NCBI RefSeq assembly: GCF_006345805.1
Contig: NC_043005.1
Span: 88,412,001 to 88,476,000, forward strand
Reading direction: 5' to 3'
From: Octopus sinensis
Lineage: Eukaryota
Length of the DNA stretch: 64,000 nt
The position numbers were made by a program, and so were the translations under genes. The notes beneath the pieces were generated by a model, which was not told the DNA's origin, searched no databases, and saw nothing but the letters and a program-made list of their open reading frames with translations. Of the stretch, positions 48,923-63,063 are shown piece by piece. Positions within the stretch are counted from its first letter, which is position 1. Each line of letters begins with the position of its first letter.

Positions 48923-51792
48923 AACCCCCTCCTCTTAAAATTGCTGACCTTACAACTAAATTAGAGCCTTATTATTATTGCTGAGTTCAAATCCTACCAA
49001 GGTCACTTTTGCCTTTTATCAATCAGGGTTTGATAAAACAAAGTACCTGTCAACTACTGGAGTTGATTTAATCAACTGTTCCACCCACCCACCCACTCCT
49101 CGCACTTGGTTTCTAGCTTTAAGTGAATTTGTTGAAAGGTAGGTGACTGTAGCAAAAGCGGTCAGAATGAATGCACCTGTGGATTGGAGAAGAACAGGTG
49201 AGTGATGGATTGTGCAAATGGGAGAAGCGATGACCTTGGATTTGTGGGGTTCTTTGGTTGACTTTAGAGACTCTCCTTTATCAGAGTTGTATCATCCATG
49301 GGGGTCACATATTTTCTACTACATCTAATTTCCATTTCATTTCTTCCTCTACACAAATTGACAACCACCCTTGTAATGTTTCTCTCACCTGATGCCCCTG
49401 TGGCAAATAAAAGACATTATTACAAATAATGTTAGAAATCATTATGGTTCTAATTAAGAAGGTAGATCAGCACAATTAGTACCATAGAAGGCAAAATGTC
49501 TTAGAGTAATTGGTAACATTCTTTAACGTTCTGAGTTCAAATCCTACCAAGGTTGATACTGTACTTCATCTTTCCTTTCTATGGAGGTTAATGGAATCGG
49601 TAGGAGTGCTGGGGGTTGACTTATTCCCCTGTGCCCTCCACCCTATCCCCCTGTCACAAAAAATTTTGAAACTTGTTATGCCTGTATTAGGAACCATCAT
49701 TTAGATTCATCTCCTGGAAGTACACCGAAACTGACTTAGCTTTTGGGAGTCAATAAAATAAATATTGATCAGCTATATGCTGGTCATCATCATCATTGTT
49801 TAACGTCCGCTTTCCATGCTGGCATGGGTTGGACGGTTTGACAGGGGACTGGCAAGTCCTGGGAAGCTGTACCAGGATCCAATCTGATCTGGTAAAGTTT
49901 CTACAGCTGGATGCCCTTCCTAATGCCAACCACTCTGAGAGTGTAGTGGGTGCTTCACTAACAAAAAGGTAGAAAACATCATCATCATAATCATCGTTAT
50001 CATCATCGTCATTAAAAAGGTAACAAGCTGGCAGAATCACTAGCACACGAGGCAAAATGCTTAGTGGCATTTCATTTGTTTTTACATTCTGAGTTCAAAT
50101 TCCACCAAGGTATACTCTGCCTTTCATCCTCTCAAGGTTGATAAAATACCCTTCCCCACAATTCCAAGCTTTGTGCCTGATGTGGAAAGGATTATCCAGT
50201 GTAAAAATAAGCAACCACATCATTAAAATCTCAAAGCTACAAGATAATTCATGATTCATTCAAAACAATGTGACTAAATAAGGATTAGATTTGACGGAGT
50301 AAATCTGAATGCCTAAAGGTTTAAAGGAATGGATAGCATGGAGCAGAGAGAAAGGGAGTTCCAGGGAGCAGCAATTTGAAGAAAGAAGCCATGAGAACAG
50401 AAGGGCTTGTGACTAACACGAAGCACAACAGAGTATTGATGCGCCAGGGAAAAGAAGCGGGTGACACATTTAAAAGGTGCTGACAGAGGTTACTAGACCA
50501 GAAAGTTCATCGGAGCAGTGATTATAGAAATATAGAAAAGACACAATGAAGATACATGCTGTATAATTGGGAAATATAAATAATATACCTCCACCGCAGT
50601 AGGTGGTGGTGATGGTGGCGGTAATGGTAGAGCTGGTGGTGATAGTTTAATGAATGTATCATCATCATCATCTGAATAGGTAACTAAAGGAAACCAAGTG
50701 GTTCTGGGTTCGGTCCCACTGTGTAGGACCTTGGGCAAGTGTCTTCTACTATAGCCTTGGGCTGACCAAAGCCTTGAGAGTGGATTTGGTAAACAGAAAC
50801 TGAAAGAAATGGTGAGCTGGCAGAATCGTTTTCACACCGGGTGAAGTGCTTAGCGGTATTTCGTCTGCCGTTACATTCCGAGTTCAAATTCCGCCGTGGT
50901 CGACTTTCCCTTTCATCCTTTCGGGGTCGATTAAATAAGTACCAGTTATGCACTGAGGTCGATGTAATCGACTTAATCCCTTGTCCTTGTTTGTCCCCTC
51001 AATGTTTAGCCCCTTGTGGGCAATAAAGAATTAAGAAACTGAAAGAAACTTGTCATATATGTATATATCTATGTGTGACTGCTTGTTCTCCACCACCACC
51101 TGATAACCAAAGTTGGTGTGTTTATGTCCCTCTAAGTGGTTCAGCAAAAGAGTTCAACAGTATAAGCAGTGGAGTCACTTCATTCAACTAAAATTCCTAA
51201 AGGTGAGGAGATTGTCAGATGGAGAAAGAGTGGTCAGGTGAAATGGAGAGCCAGCCTGATGGCAGAGAACTGGTCCCATATGTCCACTTCCTCAATAGGA
51301 AGACAATGCTTATAAGGAATGTTTGAGAAAAATGCCAGACAGATAACATATAGAGACTGTCCTTGCACAGAGGCCATCCAGACTCCCGTTTGAGCCGTGA
51401 ACAGGGATTAATCTTCTGTCTTTGCCCCACATGGACTCAACTCTCCCCCTCCCTCCTACTCTCTTGCTCCAACTCCTACTTCTCTTCACCGCTACTCTCT
51501 CTCTTCTCTCATACCCACCTTCCCCTTCCCTCTTCATTGTCAACCCTCCCCCATATGCTAATCCCACCCCTACACATTCCTACCCCACCTTCCCTATCTT
51601 TCCATCCCACCCCATCCCATCCCTTACACCCTCTCCCGCATACCCCACCTCTACTCTGACCCTCAGCCTAACCCACACCCCACCTGTACTTCCTCCCAAT
51701 ACAATCACACCACACCACACTACACCATACCACACAACACTTCACATCACAACACACCAGCACTGACCAATTCCCATCCCAACATTTTCACA

Positions 51793-51844
<52 letters not shown>

Positions 51845-52508
51845 TAGGAGTGGCTGTGTGGTAATTAGCTTGCTTACCAACCACTGGCACCTTGGGCAAG
51901 TGTCTTCTATAACCTCAGACTGACCAAAGCCTTGTGAGTGGATCTGGAAGATAGAAACTGAATGAAGCCCGTCGTATGTGTGTGTGTCTGACCAACATTG
52001 CTTGACATCTGATGGTGGTGTGTTTACGTCCCTGTAACTTAGCAGTTCGGCAAAAAGAGAGCGATAGAATAAGTTCTAGGCTTACAAAGAATAAGTCCCG
52101 GGGTCGCTTTGCTCAACTAAAATGTGGTTGTCCAGTATTGTCACAGTCAAATGACTGAAACCAGTAAAAGAATAAAATTTATATATATATATATATATAA
52201 AACACTTCATTTCAAGCAGAGAGAGCAAGTGACATGGCAGGTAAAAGGATAACCATTTATATAATACCCTGAGAAAATCACCAAAGGCAATAGATGACAG
52301 AAGTCCAAGGGCTTACAAGGACCAAAAACTAGTGACCTTAACAAACCAAAATGGAAACAGTGGTCCAGAAATAGCAACATGTAATGATATTAATTCTTCA
52401 GTTCAGATATTTAAACAAAACCGGTTAAATGTGAATGACATTTTGTTTAGAGTACGATGCTGCTTTTTAAAATTAATTTGTTTTACTGTAATTCGTTTTG
52501 TTCTTGGC

Positions 52509-52550
<42 letters not shown>

Positions 52551-52859
52551 GAGAGACGTATTGATTTTTTTTATGATTATCCTCTCACAAACTCCATTAG
52601 GAACAGATTATCTTCAGCTAATCCATAATTCAAAAATCTATATCACACAACCAAGGAATAACATATTTTAACATAATCAATAAAACAAAAATCAATCTGA
52701 AGTAATGGTTGGTCACTACTAAAACTATAAAGTACCATTTAACAACATCAAACCATTGAAATGGTAAACAAGATGACAACAATCAGTGGAGACAACGGAA
52801 GACAATCCACATTCTTTTTATGTCTGATACACACATACATAGAGATATACAGACATACA

Positions 52860-53197
52860 CATGTATGTATGTATATGTGTATGTATGTGTATGTATGTAT
52901 GTGTGTGTATGTGTGTATGTGTATATGTGTGTGTATGCATGTGTGTACGTGTGTGTGTATGCATGTGTGTACGTGTGTGTGTATGCATGTGTGTATGCAT
53001 GTGTGTGTGTATGCATGTGTGTGTGTATGCATGTGTGTGTGTATGCATGTGTGTGTGTATGCATGTGTGTGTGTATGCATGTGTGTGTGTATGCATGTGT
53101 GTGTGTATGCATGTGTGTGTGTATGCATGTGTGTGTGTATGCATGTGTGTGTGTATGTATGTATGCGTGTATGTGTATGCGTGTGTGTGTGTATATA
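52860..53197. repeat. Compound TG microsatellite with a ~14-bp ATGCATGTGTGTGT period
   Basis: Seen directly; explains the stacked HT/CV ORFs. Confidence 0.95.
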
Positions 53198-54193
53198 TAC
53201 ACCATCTTGTTTTATAGTTTAAAGTACTATGGTGAACATTGATGGTTTTAAGAAGTATTTGGGGAGGGCGGGGTCTTGATGAATTCTAAAATACATTTCC
53301 AGGAAAGTATTCCAGGATCACTTCTGGCCTTCTTTTAGAAACCTTAAATATTGTTTGGATATTTCCCTTATAATTCATTCATACACACCTTGATATCTCA
53401 GTGAGTGATGAACCAATAGGAAACGTTCTGCTTGACATGTTAAAAATAGCAGCTAAATAATCCTCAAATAACCCTTTCATCCTAATAAAAGGTAAAAAAT
53501 TAAATAATAATAGGGTCTTAAAAAAATAATAAAGATGAAAGGATTATGTCTGGAAGACTTTTGATGAGAGATCTACCGAATAAGGGCTGGCTAATGGGAA
53601 ACCTCTTTGCCACTGGTTCTCAGCCATTTTCTTTTTTTAATCTCTTGGTGCCCCTTATTACTATTTTATTCTGACCCCCCCCCCCACCGCCATTTGATGT
53701 TTAAAAACTAGTTTTATAGATAATTCTTTCAAAATTCCTATTTTGTTTATCAGACCTTCTCTCATATAAAGCTGAACTTTGTGAAATGTCAGAGAAAGAA
53801 ACCTAGCTCTTTCTTGCAATATATATATTTACAGCAAAACTTTTTCATGGTCTCTTAAAATGCTGTGGATCCCAAAAAATCTTATATGGACCCCAGTTAA
53901 GAACCACTGTTTTATGCAGTTGTTTGTTAGAAATAGCAGCTAAATCTCCTTCACATCATGTTAACCACTTTAAAGAAAAAAAAAGAAAGGAGACACTAGA
54001 TAATGCAGTTCTAGATACACTTTTTCGAAAAAGAAGACTGCATGATTATGGCTGGCATCCAACCATCAAAATACCAAGCCGAATGACACATATGAGCACC
54101 TAGTGTTTGGGAGGAGCTTTTAATGGGGTGGGGGATGTGACTCAGGCCATGTTGAGCTGTCCAACCCATGCCAGCATTGAAAGCAAATGCAAA

Positions 54194-54375
54194 ATGATGA
54201 TGATGAGGAGGAGGATGATGAGGGTGGTGGTGACGATGATTGTGGTGGTGACGATGATGGTGGTGGTGACAATGATGGTGGTGGTGGTGATGACGATGAT
54301 GGTGGTGATGATGATGATGGTGGTGATGATGATGATGGTGGTGATGATGATGATGATGATGATGTGGTGGTGGTG

Positions 54376-54407
<32 letters not shown>

Positions 54408-54420
54408 GGTGATGATGAGG
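54194..54420. repeat. (GAT/GGT)n tract expanded from an RTE tail
   Basis: Follows a degenerate RTE 3' end (CCAACCCATGCCAGCATTGAAAGC); explains the poly-H/D/M ORFs. Confidence 0.9.
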
Positions 54421-55157
54421 AGCAGGGATTGACAACCACAATAGTATAGATTCCCATAAAATCCTGCTCTTGTGATTATATATGTAAAATAAGAGTTCTC
54501 CTTGTACTTCTTTTGAAGTGCATGTCACCAAAAGTACATCATCAGTGGCACCAAACCAAATTCCAACCCCAAACCACTCCCCCATCCATTTACTTGCTGC
54601 CAGCCCAAGCAGCAACAACAACAACAACAACACTATTTCTCCTTTCCTTATTCTCAAACAAAAGACAAAACTGCTTGTATTCAATTCTCCATCCCTGGCA
54701 GCAAATTAACCTCCCAAACTTCTCATCCGCTTTCATCCTCTATTAGCTCTGTTTACAGCTCTTTCTACTTCCTAATGTCTTCATTAATTAGATCATTAGC
54801 TGAGGAACTCTAAAAATTCTGTCCCTCTGGCAAATCTCAATTAATCTGTAATAGGATATAATGAAATTCCACCACCAGCCACTAATGGTAATTTTCTTGT
54901 ATAAACTTACTGTTAGGTTAGTGACTGATACAACACTAAACAAACCTGGGGCTTCCAGTACTTCGTTAGCACTAAAGAACCAACAGCTTTTTCTAATTTC
55001 AAGTTAGTTAATTACTTTATTTGACTGATCTACATCTGGACTTTTACTGGAGATCTGCTGGTAGGAATGGAAATCAAGCAAATGGCTTTATTGAATATAG
55101 GTTCTCTAGGTCAGTTATACTTCTTATTTGGCAGACTCTCATGGCTACAGCTTACCC

Positions 55158-55188
<31 letters not shown>

Positions 55189-58100
55189 CCCCCTTTATCT
55201 GGGACAGGGAAAGGAGCAAGAGATTGTCTTTATTATATTTATACTTATTCAGTAGCCTCTCATGCTTACAGCATCCATTCGTTTGTTCTCTCTCTCTCTC
55301 TCTCTCATTTGTATGTATGTTTGCTGGAAATGTTGCAACAACCAGTTAGAGAGCTTCAACCCATGAGAAACAACCAAATCTCCCTTAAGTCACACTCTAC
55401 AACCTTCTAAAACATATGTGGGGAGGCTATACAAGACAAAATGGTCCTAGAAGCATCAGGTCTCACTAAAAGATGGGATGGTCATAGTTTGATTGTCTTT
55501 GATCACAGGTCAGTGCAATCTCCAACAAGAAGAATTAAATTTTCCCCATTGCCATCGATTACAGCTTCTGCCAGTCCAAACAGTTTCAAGAACCATTTTA
55601 TTAATCCACAGCTGGACAATTCCCAAATGAAACAAACAGTGGCAGACTGGGTCTAAAAATATTGGTTGCCAGGAGACTAAGGAGGCCCACCCGCAACTAC
55701 AATGCTATCATTTAACTTTTTTTGTTTTGTTAAAAGTATTCTCTTCAACTATCTACAAACACAGCCAAGCTGAAATAATTAATGTGCCGGTGGACTAGCT
55801 TCTGTGCCGATGACATGTAAAAAGCACGAACTGATCGTGGTCGCTGCCAGTGACCCCTGGCACATAAAAAGCACCCACTACACTCACGGAGTGGTTGATG
55901 TTAGGAAGAACATCCAGCTATAGAAACACTGCCAGATCAGACTGGAGCCTGGTGCAGCCTCCTGGCTTCTCAGATCCCGGTCAAACCGTCCAACCCATGC
56001 TAGCATGGAAAACGGACGTTAAACGATGATGATAATGATGATGATGATGTTACCAACCCGGCTGAAACCGGCTCTGGCTCTGTAGTACAAATGTCTTGTT
56101 TTCATAAGTTTTGAATTAAAATCTTCCACCAAACCTTAGACGCAATTTATGTTCCTAACACTAGCTTAATGATAACTAAGTTATTTTACTAAATTCTTTG
56201 ATATATTTAAAGTAACTGAAAGAAACACAGAGCATCTCAAAATAAATACAGTAATGAAAAGGTTAAGGCATTATTCCAGAAGTGAATAAAAAAGTCTCAA
56301 ACTTGAGGGGATGAGCCCCCATATATAGATTCTAATGGCGCAGGGGCCCACTTGCCAATGGGCAACCTGGCCAGTCTGCCACTGGAACAAGCTGTCTCAT
56401 CCACAAACCCAACAAGAACTACACTATTCACCTGCACCCTAAAGACTTCCTCAAATTGTAAGAAAAAATTCTTTCATTGATTCCAACTGATTCCAAATAG
56501 AAAATTTGGTCACAAAGGAAAAAGACAGACCTAATCTGTCAGTTGAGATTTAATGCCACCACATGGCATTTAGTGTAACCCATTCTGTTAGATGCATTTT
56601 GATCAAGTGATCAGGTTTCTAATCAGAGGTTAACACAAAAGCCTCGCATCCTACTTCACGTTCCCTTGAATAATGCAACTGTTTATTAGAGGGCCCAGCT
56701 AGAAGTTACTCACCAGCCGAGATCTGGGCCCCATAAACAACAAATCAGGAAGCTGTGTTGTTTACTGGAAGGACCAGCTACGGACATAGACTCTCATCTG
56801 GGCTATTTAGAGGAAATGGCGTAGTAGTTACTGCTTGGAACTGTGGAGAGCAGAGGATTAGAATCTTTTTCAATCAACGATGTAAAGGTTACAGGTGCTC
56901 TCCTTTCACTTTAGATTAAACCAAAAATAAACAAATAAATACAGGGAGTATCCAGGGGGGGGGGACCTAAAGTGAGTAGACTGAGGTGGAAAAGAAGAGA
57001 GAAACAATGAAGACAGAAAGACCAGAAATGGGTGTTTGAGAGGTGGTAGAGGTGTAAGTGTAGGGATAGAGAGTCCACAAATTAAGGTGTATACATTCAC
57101 ACAGGTGACCAAGGAGGGGAGAGAACAACAACATCAGAAAGACTTAAGTGGGTGGGAGAGTGGAAGGGATGAGAGCATTAAGAAGGGTGTGATTGGCAAT
57201 GGCAAAGGGGGCCAAACGTAAGGGTGGGCAGGTGAAACGAGCTAGAGAAGGATGGGGAAAGGGTAGGTGTAGATATAGTATATATTTCTTTACTGCCCAT
57301 AAGGGGCTAAACATAGAGGGGACAAACAAGGACAGACAAATGGATTAAGTCGATTACATCAACCCCAGAGCGAAACTGGTACTTTATTTATCTACTTCGA
57401 AAGGATGAAAGGCAAAGTCGACCTCGGCGGAATTTGAACTCAGAACGTAACGACAGACAAAATACCGCTAAGCATTTCGCCCGGCGAACTAACGTTTCTA
57501 CCAGAGCAATAGATTTATGAGTCTACACTCCATTATTTGTCTGGCGACCTTTATGGAATAGATTTGCTTAATCAGAAGAGACCTTGACCTAGATAACAAA
57601 AGATCAACCGTAAGATTTGATTAGGAAGCCATAAACACTGTCCAGGTGGTTAATTCTATCATTGGGAAAACCAAACAACTACCACCTAAATGCCAAAATT
57701 CCCCTAAGTATGAACCAACAAAGAGTCTCTGCATGATTGCTCAACCTGCAAGAAACAGCAGCCAAATCACTTTAGTGTCGGATTGCTCTGTCAAATGTAA
57801 TTCTTATTTATTCAGATTGTTTTGAATTAATCATAGAATTATCTCATGGCTTTGAGATTTTGATGATGTGATTGCTTATTTTTAGAATGACACTGTAGGG
57901 TAGGTGTGAGAAGCTGGATCTAGTCAACTTAAACATTATTTGGGCCGGATAATGTCAGTTTTAAGTGCTAAAGGGTTAATGCCTTCAAAGCAAGTGGGGA
58001 GGGACACATTGGACAATGTAGTCCCTGCTATACAAAAAAGGAGAATAGTCGAGGCTGGGGCGCCTTTGATCAAGTCCTTTGCCTAATTAAGGACTGACCT

Positions 58101-58819
58101 GGGGTTTAAAAAAAAAAGAAAACTCAACCACTCCCACCATCTCTACACAGAAGTCTTAACTAATTTTAATCCTTTAGCATTTAAACCAGCCATTTCTGGC
58201 CAAAATAATCCACCTGTTTTATGTTCAAACTGGCCAGATCCAGTCACTCACACCTACCCTACAATGTCATTCTAAAAATAAACAATCACATCATTGAAAA
58301 CCATGAGAGAATTGCACAATTCACAGTAATATGGAATAAACAAGCTTTACATTTGACAGAATAACCTGAATGCTAAAAAGTTAAAGAACCCAAAACTATT
58401 TGGCTTGTAAGCAGATGCCTAAAAGGATTTGGACTGTGCTGGTGACATGGCACCCCTGGCAGGGTCACGTTCAGTGCTCCAGCAAATGAGGACCAGAGAG
58501 GCTGAAGAAGCAGGGCAGTTGGCAAGGTGGGAACACAAAACTTTATGAATAAAGAACTTGTTGAAGATGTCACCATCATCAACTACATCATCATCATCAC
58601 TTAACATATGTTTTTTCCATGCTGGCATGGGTTAGACACTTTGACAGGAGATGACAAGGCTGGAAAGCTGCCCCAGGCTCCAATTATCTGCTTTGGCATG
58701 GTATCTATGGTCGGATACCCTACCTTACACCAGTCACTTTACAGTGTGTACTGGATGCTTGTTATGTGACACCAGCATAGAGGGAGGGGCTTGCTACATG
58801 ACACCAGCATTATTGCTAT

Positions 58820-59045
58820 GGATGTGGGTTCTGAGGAAGATGTCAACTTCAGAATCAGGCATGCAGTGACAATGTGCAGAGGAACGAACAAGATCTGGGT
58901 TGGCATTTTGATTAGCAACCATATCAAGATCCTGGCATATCAGAGCATTGTCCATCCAACAGGAACCTATGCAGGAGAAATTTGGAAAATGACTGCCAAG
59001 ATCACTCAGAGAGTGAATGCATTCCATCAATGATGTCTATGCATC
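58820..59045 (+). mobile_element. Fragment of a second RTE-like LINE ORF
   Basis: SEEDVNFRI...KILAYQSIVHPTGTYAGEIW...VNAFHQ resembles the RTE post-RT region. Confidence 0.6.
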
Positions 59046-60499
59046 AATGACCAAGGAAGACCGTTGCTGACCTTCAGAAACTAACTTATATTTTGCATTT
59101 ATGGCTCCATTGGTGGCTAATGAACCCTGCTCTTGACTGACAAGCATACACGACTGCAAACATTGCAAACAAAGCTTTCCCCCATTGTAAAGGGTCCATA
59201 AGTAAAGGAGCGATGTCAGTACACATGCATGGTACACAGCAATTTTACCACAGTCACATACATACATACATATATTTATTGTGCATTTAATATGAATCTG
59301 TCAATTGTTCTATGTCCCTTGTTTATATACAGACTTATGTATATATGTGCAAGAGTGCGTGCATTGTAATCTGTAAAATTCTGCTGGTTTCCACCAGTTC
59401 CATAGAGAAACTCCCTAACCGGGATTAAACAGCAATCCCTATTTTAGATCTCCTATCCCTACTTGTCTCTCCTTTTCTCTCTCTCTCTTCCTCAAATAAG
59501 AAACGGGGGAGGGGGAAGCAGTCATCAGGGAGTAGCTTGGTGAAGAGGGAGGAGAGTGAAAAAGAACAAAAAGCAACAAGCTGTCTTTAGGTGGAGGGAG
59601 GCAGGGGACAAAGGATCCAACAAATGTAAAGGGGTTGTAGAATATGGTGGGTATTACTATTGATGTTGACAACCAGTCAGATTAGTTGGGCAGCTAATGG
59701 GGAAGAGAGGACGGTTGAGGGGGATAGTGAATTGCAGAGAAGGTTGTATGAAGGGGGTTAGTATTTATACAGACTCAAAGAAGTTCATGAATATGTATGT
59801 AGAACAATAATAATAACCCTTTTTACTAAAGGCACAAGACCTGAAATTTTGAGGGAAGGGAGACTAGTCGATTACATCGACCCCAGTGTTTCACTGATAC
59901 TTAATTTATCGACCCTAAAAGGGTCAACCTCAGCAAAACATAATAACAATCTACTATAGGCACAAGGCCTGAAATTTTTGGTGGGTGGGGGACTAGTCGA
60001 TTACAATGATCCCAGTACTTCACTGGTACTTATTTTATCAACTCCTGCAGGACAAAAGGCAAAGTTGACCCCAGTGGCATTTTAAATCAGAATGTAATGA
60101 TGGACAAAATGCCACAAAGCATTTTGCTCGGCACACTAACGATTCTGCCAGTTCACCACCTGAGTTAATAGTATCTATAATAATCCTTTCTACTCTAGGC
60201 ACAAGGCCTGAAATTGAGAGGAGGGGGACAGTTGATTACATTGACCCCAGTGTTTCACTGGTACTTAATTTATCGACCCCAAAAGAATGAAAGGTAAACT
60301 CGACCTCGGCAGGATTCGAACTCAGAATGTAGTGAAGGGCAAAATACCGCCATGCATTTTGCTTGGTGCCTGGTGTGCTAACGATTCTCACAGTTCACTG
60401 CCTTTTAGTATCAATAATAATAATAATAAAAGTAGCAATAATAAAACAGATGGCAAATGTGCTATTTACATTATTTTGCTACACACACCACACTACAGT

Positions 60500-60868
60500 A
60501 CTCTGTTGGTTACGAAGACGAGGGTTCCAGTTGATCCAATCAATGGAACAGCCTGCTCATGAAATTAACGTACAAGTGGCTGAGCACTCCACAGACATGT
60601 GTACCCTTAATGTAGTCCTCAGGGAGATTCAGTGTGACATAGAGTGTGACAAGACTGGCCCTTTGAAATACAGGTACAAGAGAAACAGGAAGAAAGAGAG
60701 AAAGTTGTGGTGAAAGAGTACAGCAGGGATCGCCACCAACCCCTGCCGGAGCCTCGTGGAGCTTTAGGTGCTTTCGCTCAATAAACACTCACAACGCCCG
60801 GTCTGGGAATCGAAACTGCAATCCTACAACTGCGAGTCCACTGCCCTAACCACTGGGCCATTGCACCT
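60500..60868 (-). mobile_element. Third tRNA-derived SINE family (related copies 47215-47535 +, 32030-32430 -)
   Basis: tRNA-like head TGGCCCAGTGGTTAGGGCAG...GTTTCGATTCCC fused to a shared tail GGAGTGCTCAGCCACTTG...TTAATTTCA. Confidence 0.7.
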
Positions 60869-60899
60869 CCACACATACACCATACTATGCTAGTTATTT

Positions 60900-61790
60900 G
60901 TAAAGTCAATCAGGGAGTGCAGGGCAGTCTCATATCTGATCACTGGTATTGTAATAACCTCATCAAATGCCACAAAGGCAAAGGAGATGCACAAGAGAAA
61001 ACAGCTAACTTAAATTGCTGGATGAGGCTCTGAAAGTCTTGAAAAGACAACAGCTCCTAAATGTGATGTCATTCAGATTTATACCAAAAGAGATACTACT
61101 GATTCTGTCTTCCTACAAAAGAGGAACTTAACTAGGAGTAATCCACCATACTTAAATTCCTGGAGAAGGACTTTAGCAGGGTTCTACATTCTGTAGCAGT
61201 TGCTAAGGAAACAAAGAATTTATGAAGGCTGTATAATCCATGTTCAAAAGTAAGGGCAAGTAACAGGTTGAGCAGTAAATATGATATGCAGACAAGGTTC
61301 AATCCTCAATTTCCTCTTGTTTATTATAATCCTTCAGACCATAGCAGAAGCCAAATGCATGTGGGGAACCCTGTATGCTGATGACCCAATTTTTGTAGAT
61401 TCAAGAGGAATTCCAGACTTGGATGCCAAACCTAGAACTGGGAACCCTCAAGGTAAACTCAGTAGGGACCAAGATTTAGTTAGAAGGAAAGAACATCAGA
61501 GATCCTGCGATGATCAGGGAAATGGCTGTTTGATATGAAGAAAGGTTGTAGGTAGAAATTCCGTATGGTGAACACAGTATATACTATGGATGCACAGAAG
61601 TCACACTAGCATGACAAGCAAAGTAACAGGCAGTCTTCATGTGTAGCTAGTGCACATACGAAAATAACCACTGTAAACACACAAGAAATAAATTTTCCCT
61701 CAAATGGCCAGAAAACCCCCTAAAAGAAATTGAGATCTTCTGCCACCAAGATTACCTAAGTAGCAGTGTTGTAAAAGTGGTTCTGAACAT
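60900..61790 (+). mobile_element. Old RTE-clade LINE RT-domain fragment
   Basis: KGKGDA, LKLLDEALKV, QGSILNFLLFIIILQ...LYADD RT motifs; heavily disrupted. Confidence 0.7.
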
Positions 61791-63020
61791 GTACTAACCA
61801 TCATCATCATTTAACGTCCGTTTTCCGTGCTAGCATGGGTTGGACAGTTCAACCAGGGTCTGGGAAGCCAGGAGGCTGCACCAGGCTCCAGTCTGATCTG
61901 GCAGTGTTTCTACGGCTGGATGCCCTTCCTAACGCCAACCACTCCGTGAGTGTAGTGGGTGCTTTTTACGTGCCATCGGCACAGGTACCAGGGGAGGCTA
62001 GCAACGGCCACGATCAGTTGGTGCATTTTACGTGCCACCAGCACAGAAGCCAGTCAAGGTGGTGCTGGCATCGACCACATATGGATGGTGCTTTTTTCGT
62101 GCCACTGGCACAGGTGCCAGGGGAGAGAGAAAAAAAAGACAAAGTAGGTTTGCTTTCCATGTTGGCCTAAGCTGGACATTTTGTTTGCTGCTCTCCTGTT
62201 CAGGTCACATCTCACCCAAGAGTTTCATCTTTAGCTTGGGTACATCTGTTTGTGGCACCAAGACTCAAAGGGTGGTCATATCTTTGACAAGACAAATGGG
62301 GGATCTCTCATTCTTACACTTAACAGAGAGGGTACTAGGTGCATTTTATCATGGTACTAGAAGGGATAAGGGTTAGAGGGCGACAGCTAGCGAGAGGTGA
62401 ATAAATGGTGAGAGTGGATGGTGGATGTTTATACCCAACGGCTAATGAGGGAGGACAGCTAGGATGTATGGGGTGCATGGCAGGTCTGACGAGATCCCTT
62501 AAGTGAGTGAGAAAGACAGAAAGGCCCAACACCAGCTGTCTTCCATTCGTTTCAGTCATATATCTGCGGCCACGCTGGGGCACCACACTGAATATACTAA
62601 AGCAATGTACAGTGAACTGAAGAGATCCACAGTCACTGTTAGTCACTGCAGTGAGAGTGAGACGTGAGGGACGTGAGCATTAGAGGCAATAAATGATAGT
62701 GGCTTGCCCACACCACAAGGCTCTCATCTTGCTTTGGTTCCAGATTCCCCACCCATCAACTAAGACCTAATTGACAGTAGGATGACAGGAAATCCCAGAA
62801 AGTGAGACTGTGTATATTGCAGCAGTGTTTATTGCGAATGTAGAGCAGGAAAGTCGTTCAGCATTTCTCTTGGACATTATTTTTCTAATGTTATGCTGTT
62901 TTTTAATGATAAATGCATCTTCAACAAACCCAAAAGCAAGCATCAAGAGTGAGCCCTCTCATAGATAGAGAGGGAGCGATCGACAGACAGACATATACAC
63001 ATGCACACACACACACACAT

Positions 63021-63063
<43 letters not shown>

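Noticed and set aside
52748-54684. Poly-HT, CV, poly-His and poly-Asp ORFs
   Set aside because: Translations of microsatellites.
56714-56760. CTG|GTGAGT donor as DCAF6 exon 1
   Set aside because: The required phase-1 frame has a TGA about ten codons upstream with no ATG in between and no resemblance to DCAF6.
60795-60868. tRNA-like sequence on the minus strand
   Set aside because: It is the head of a SINE, running straight into a repeat body; the acceptor stem is not convincing.
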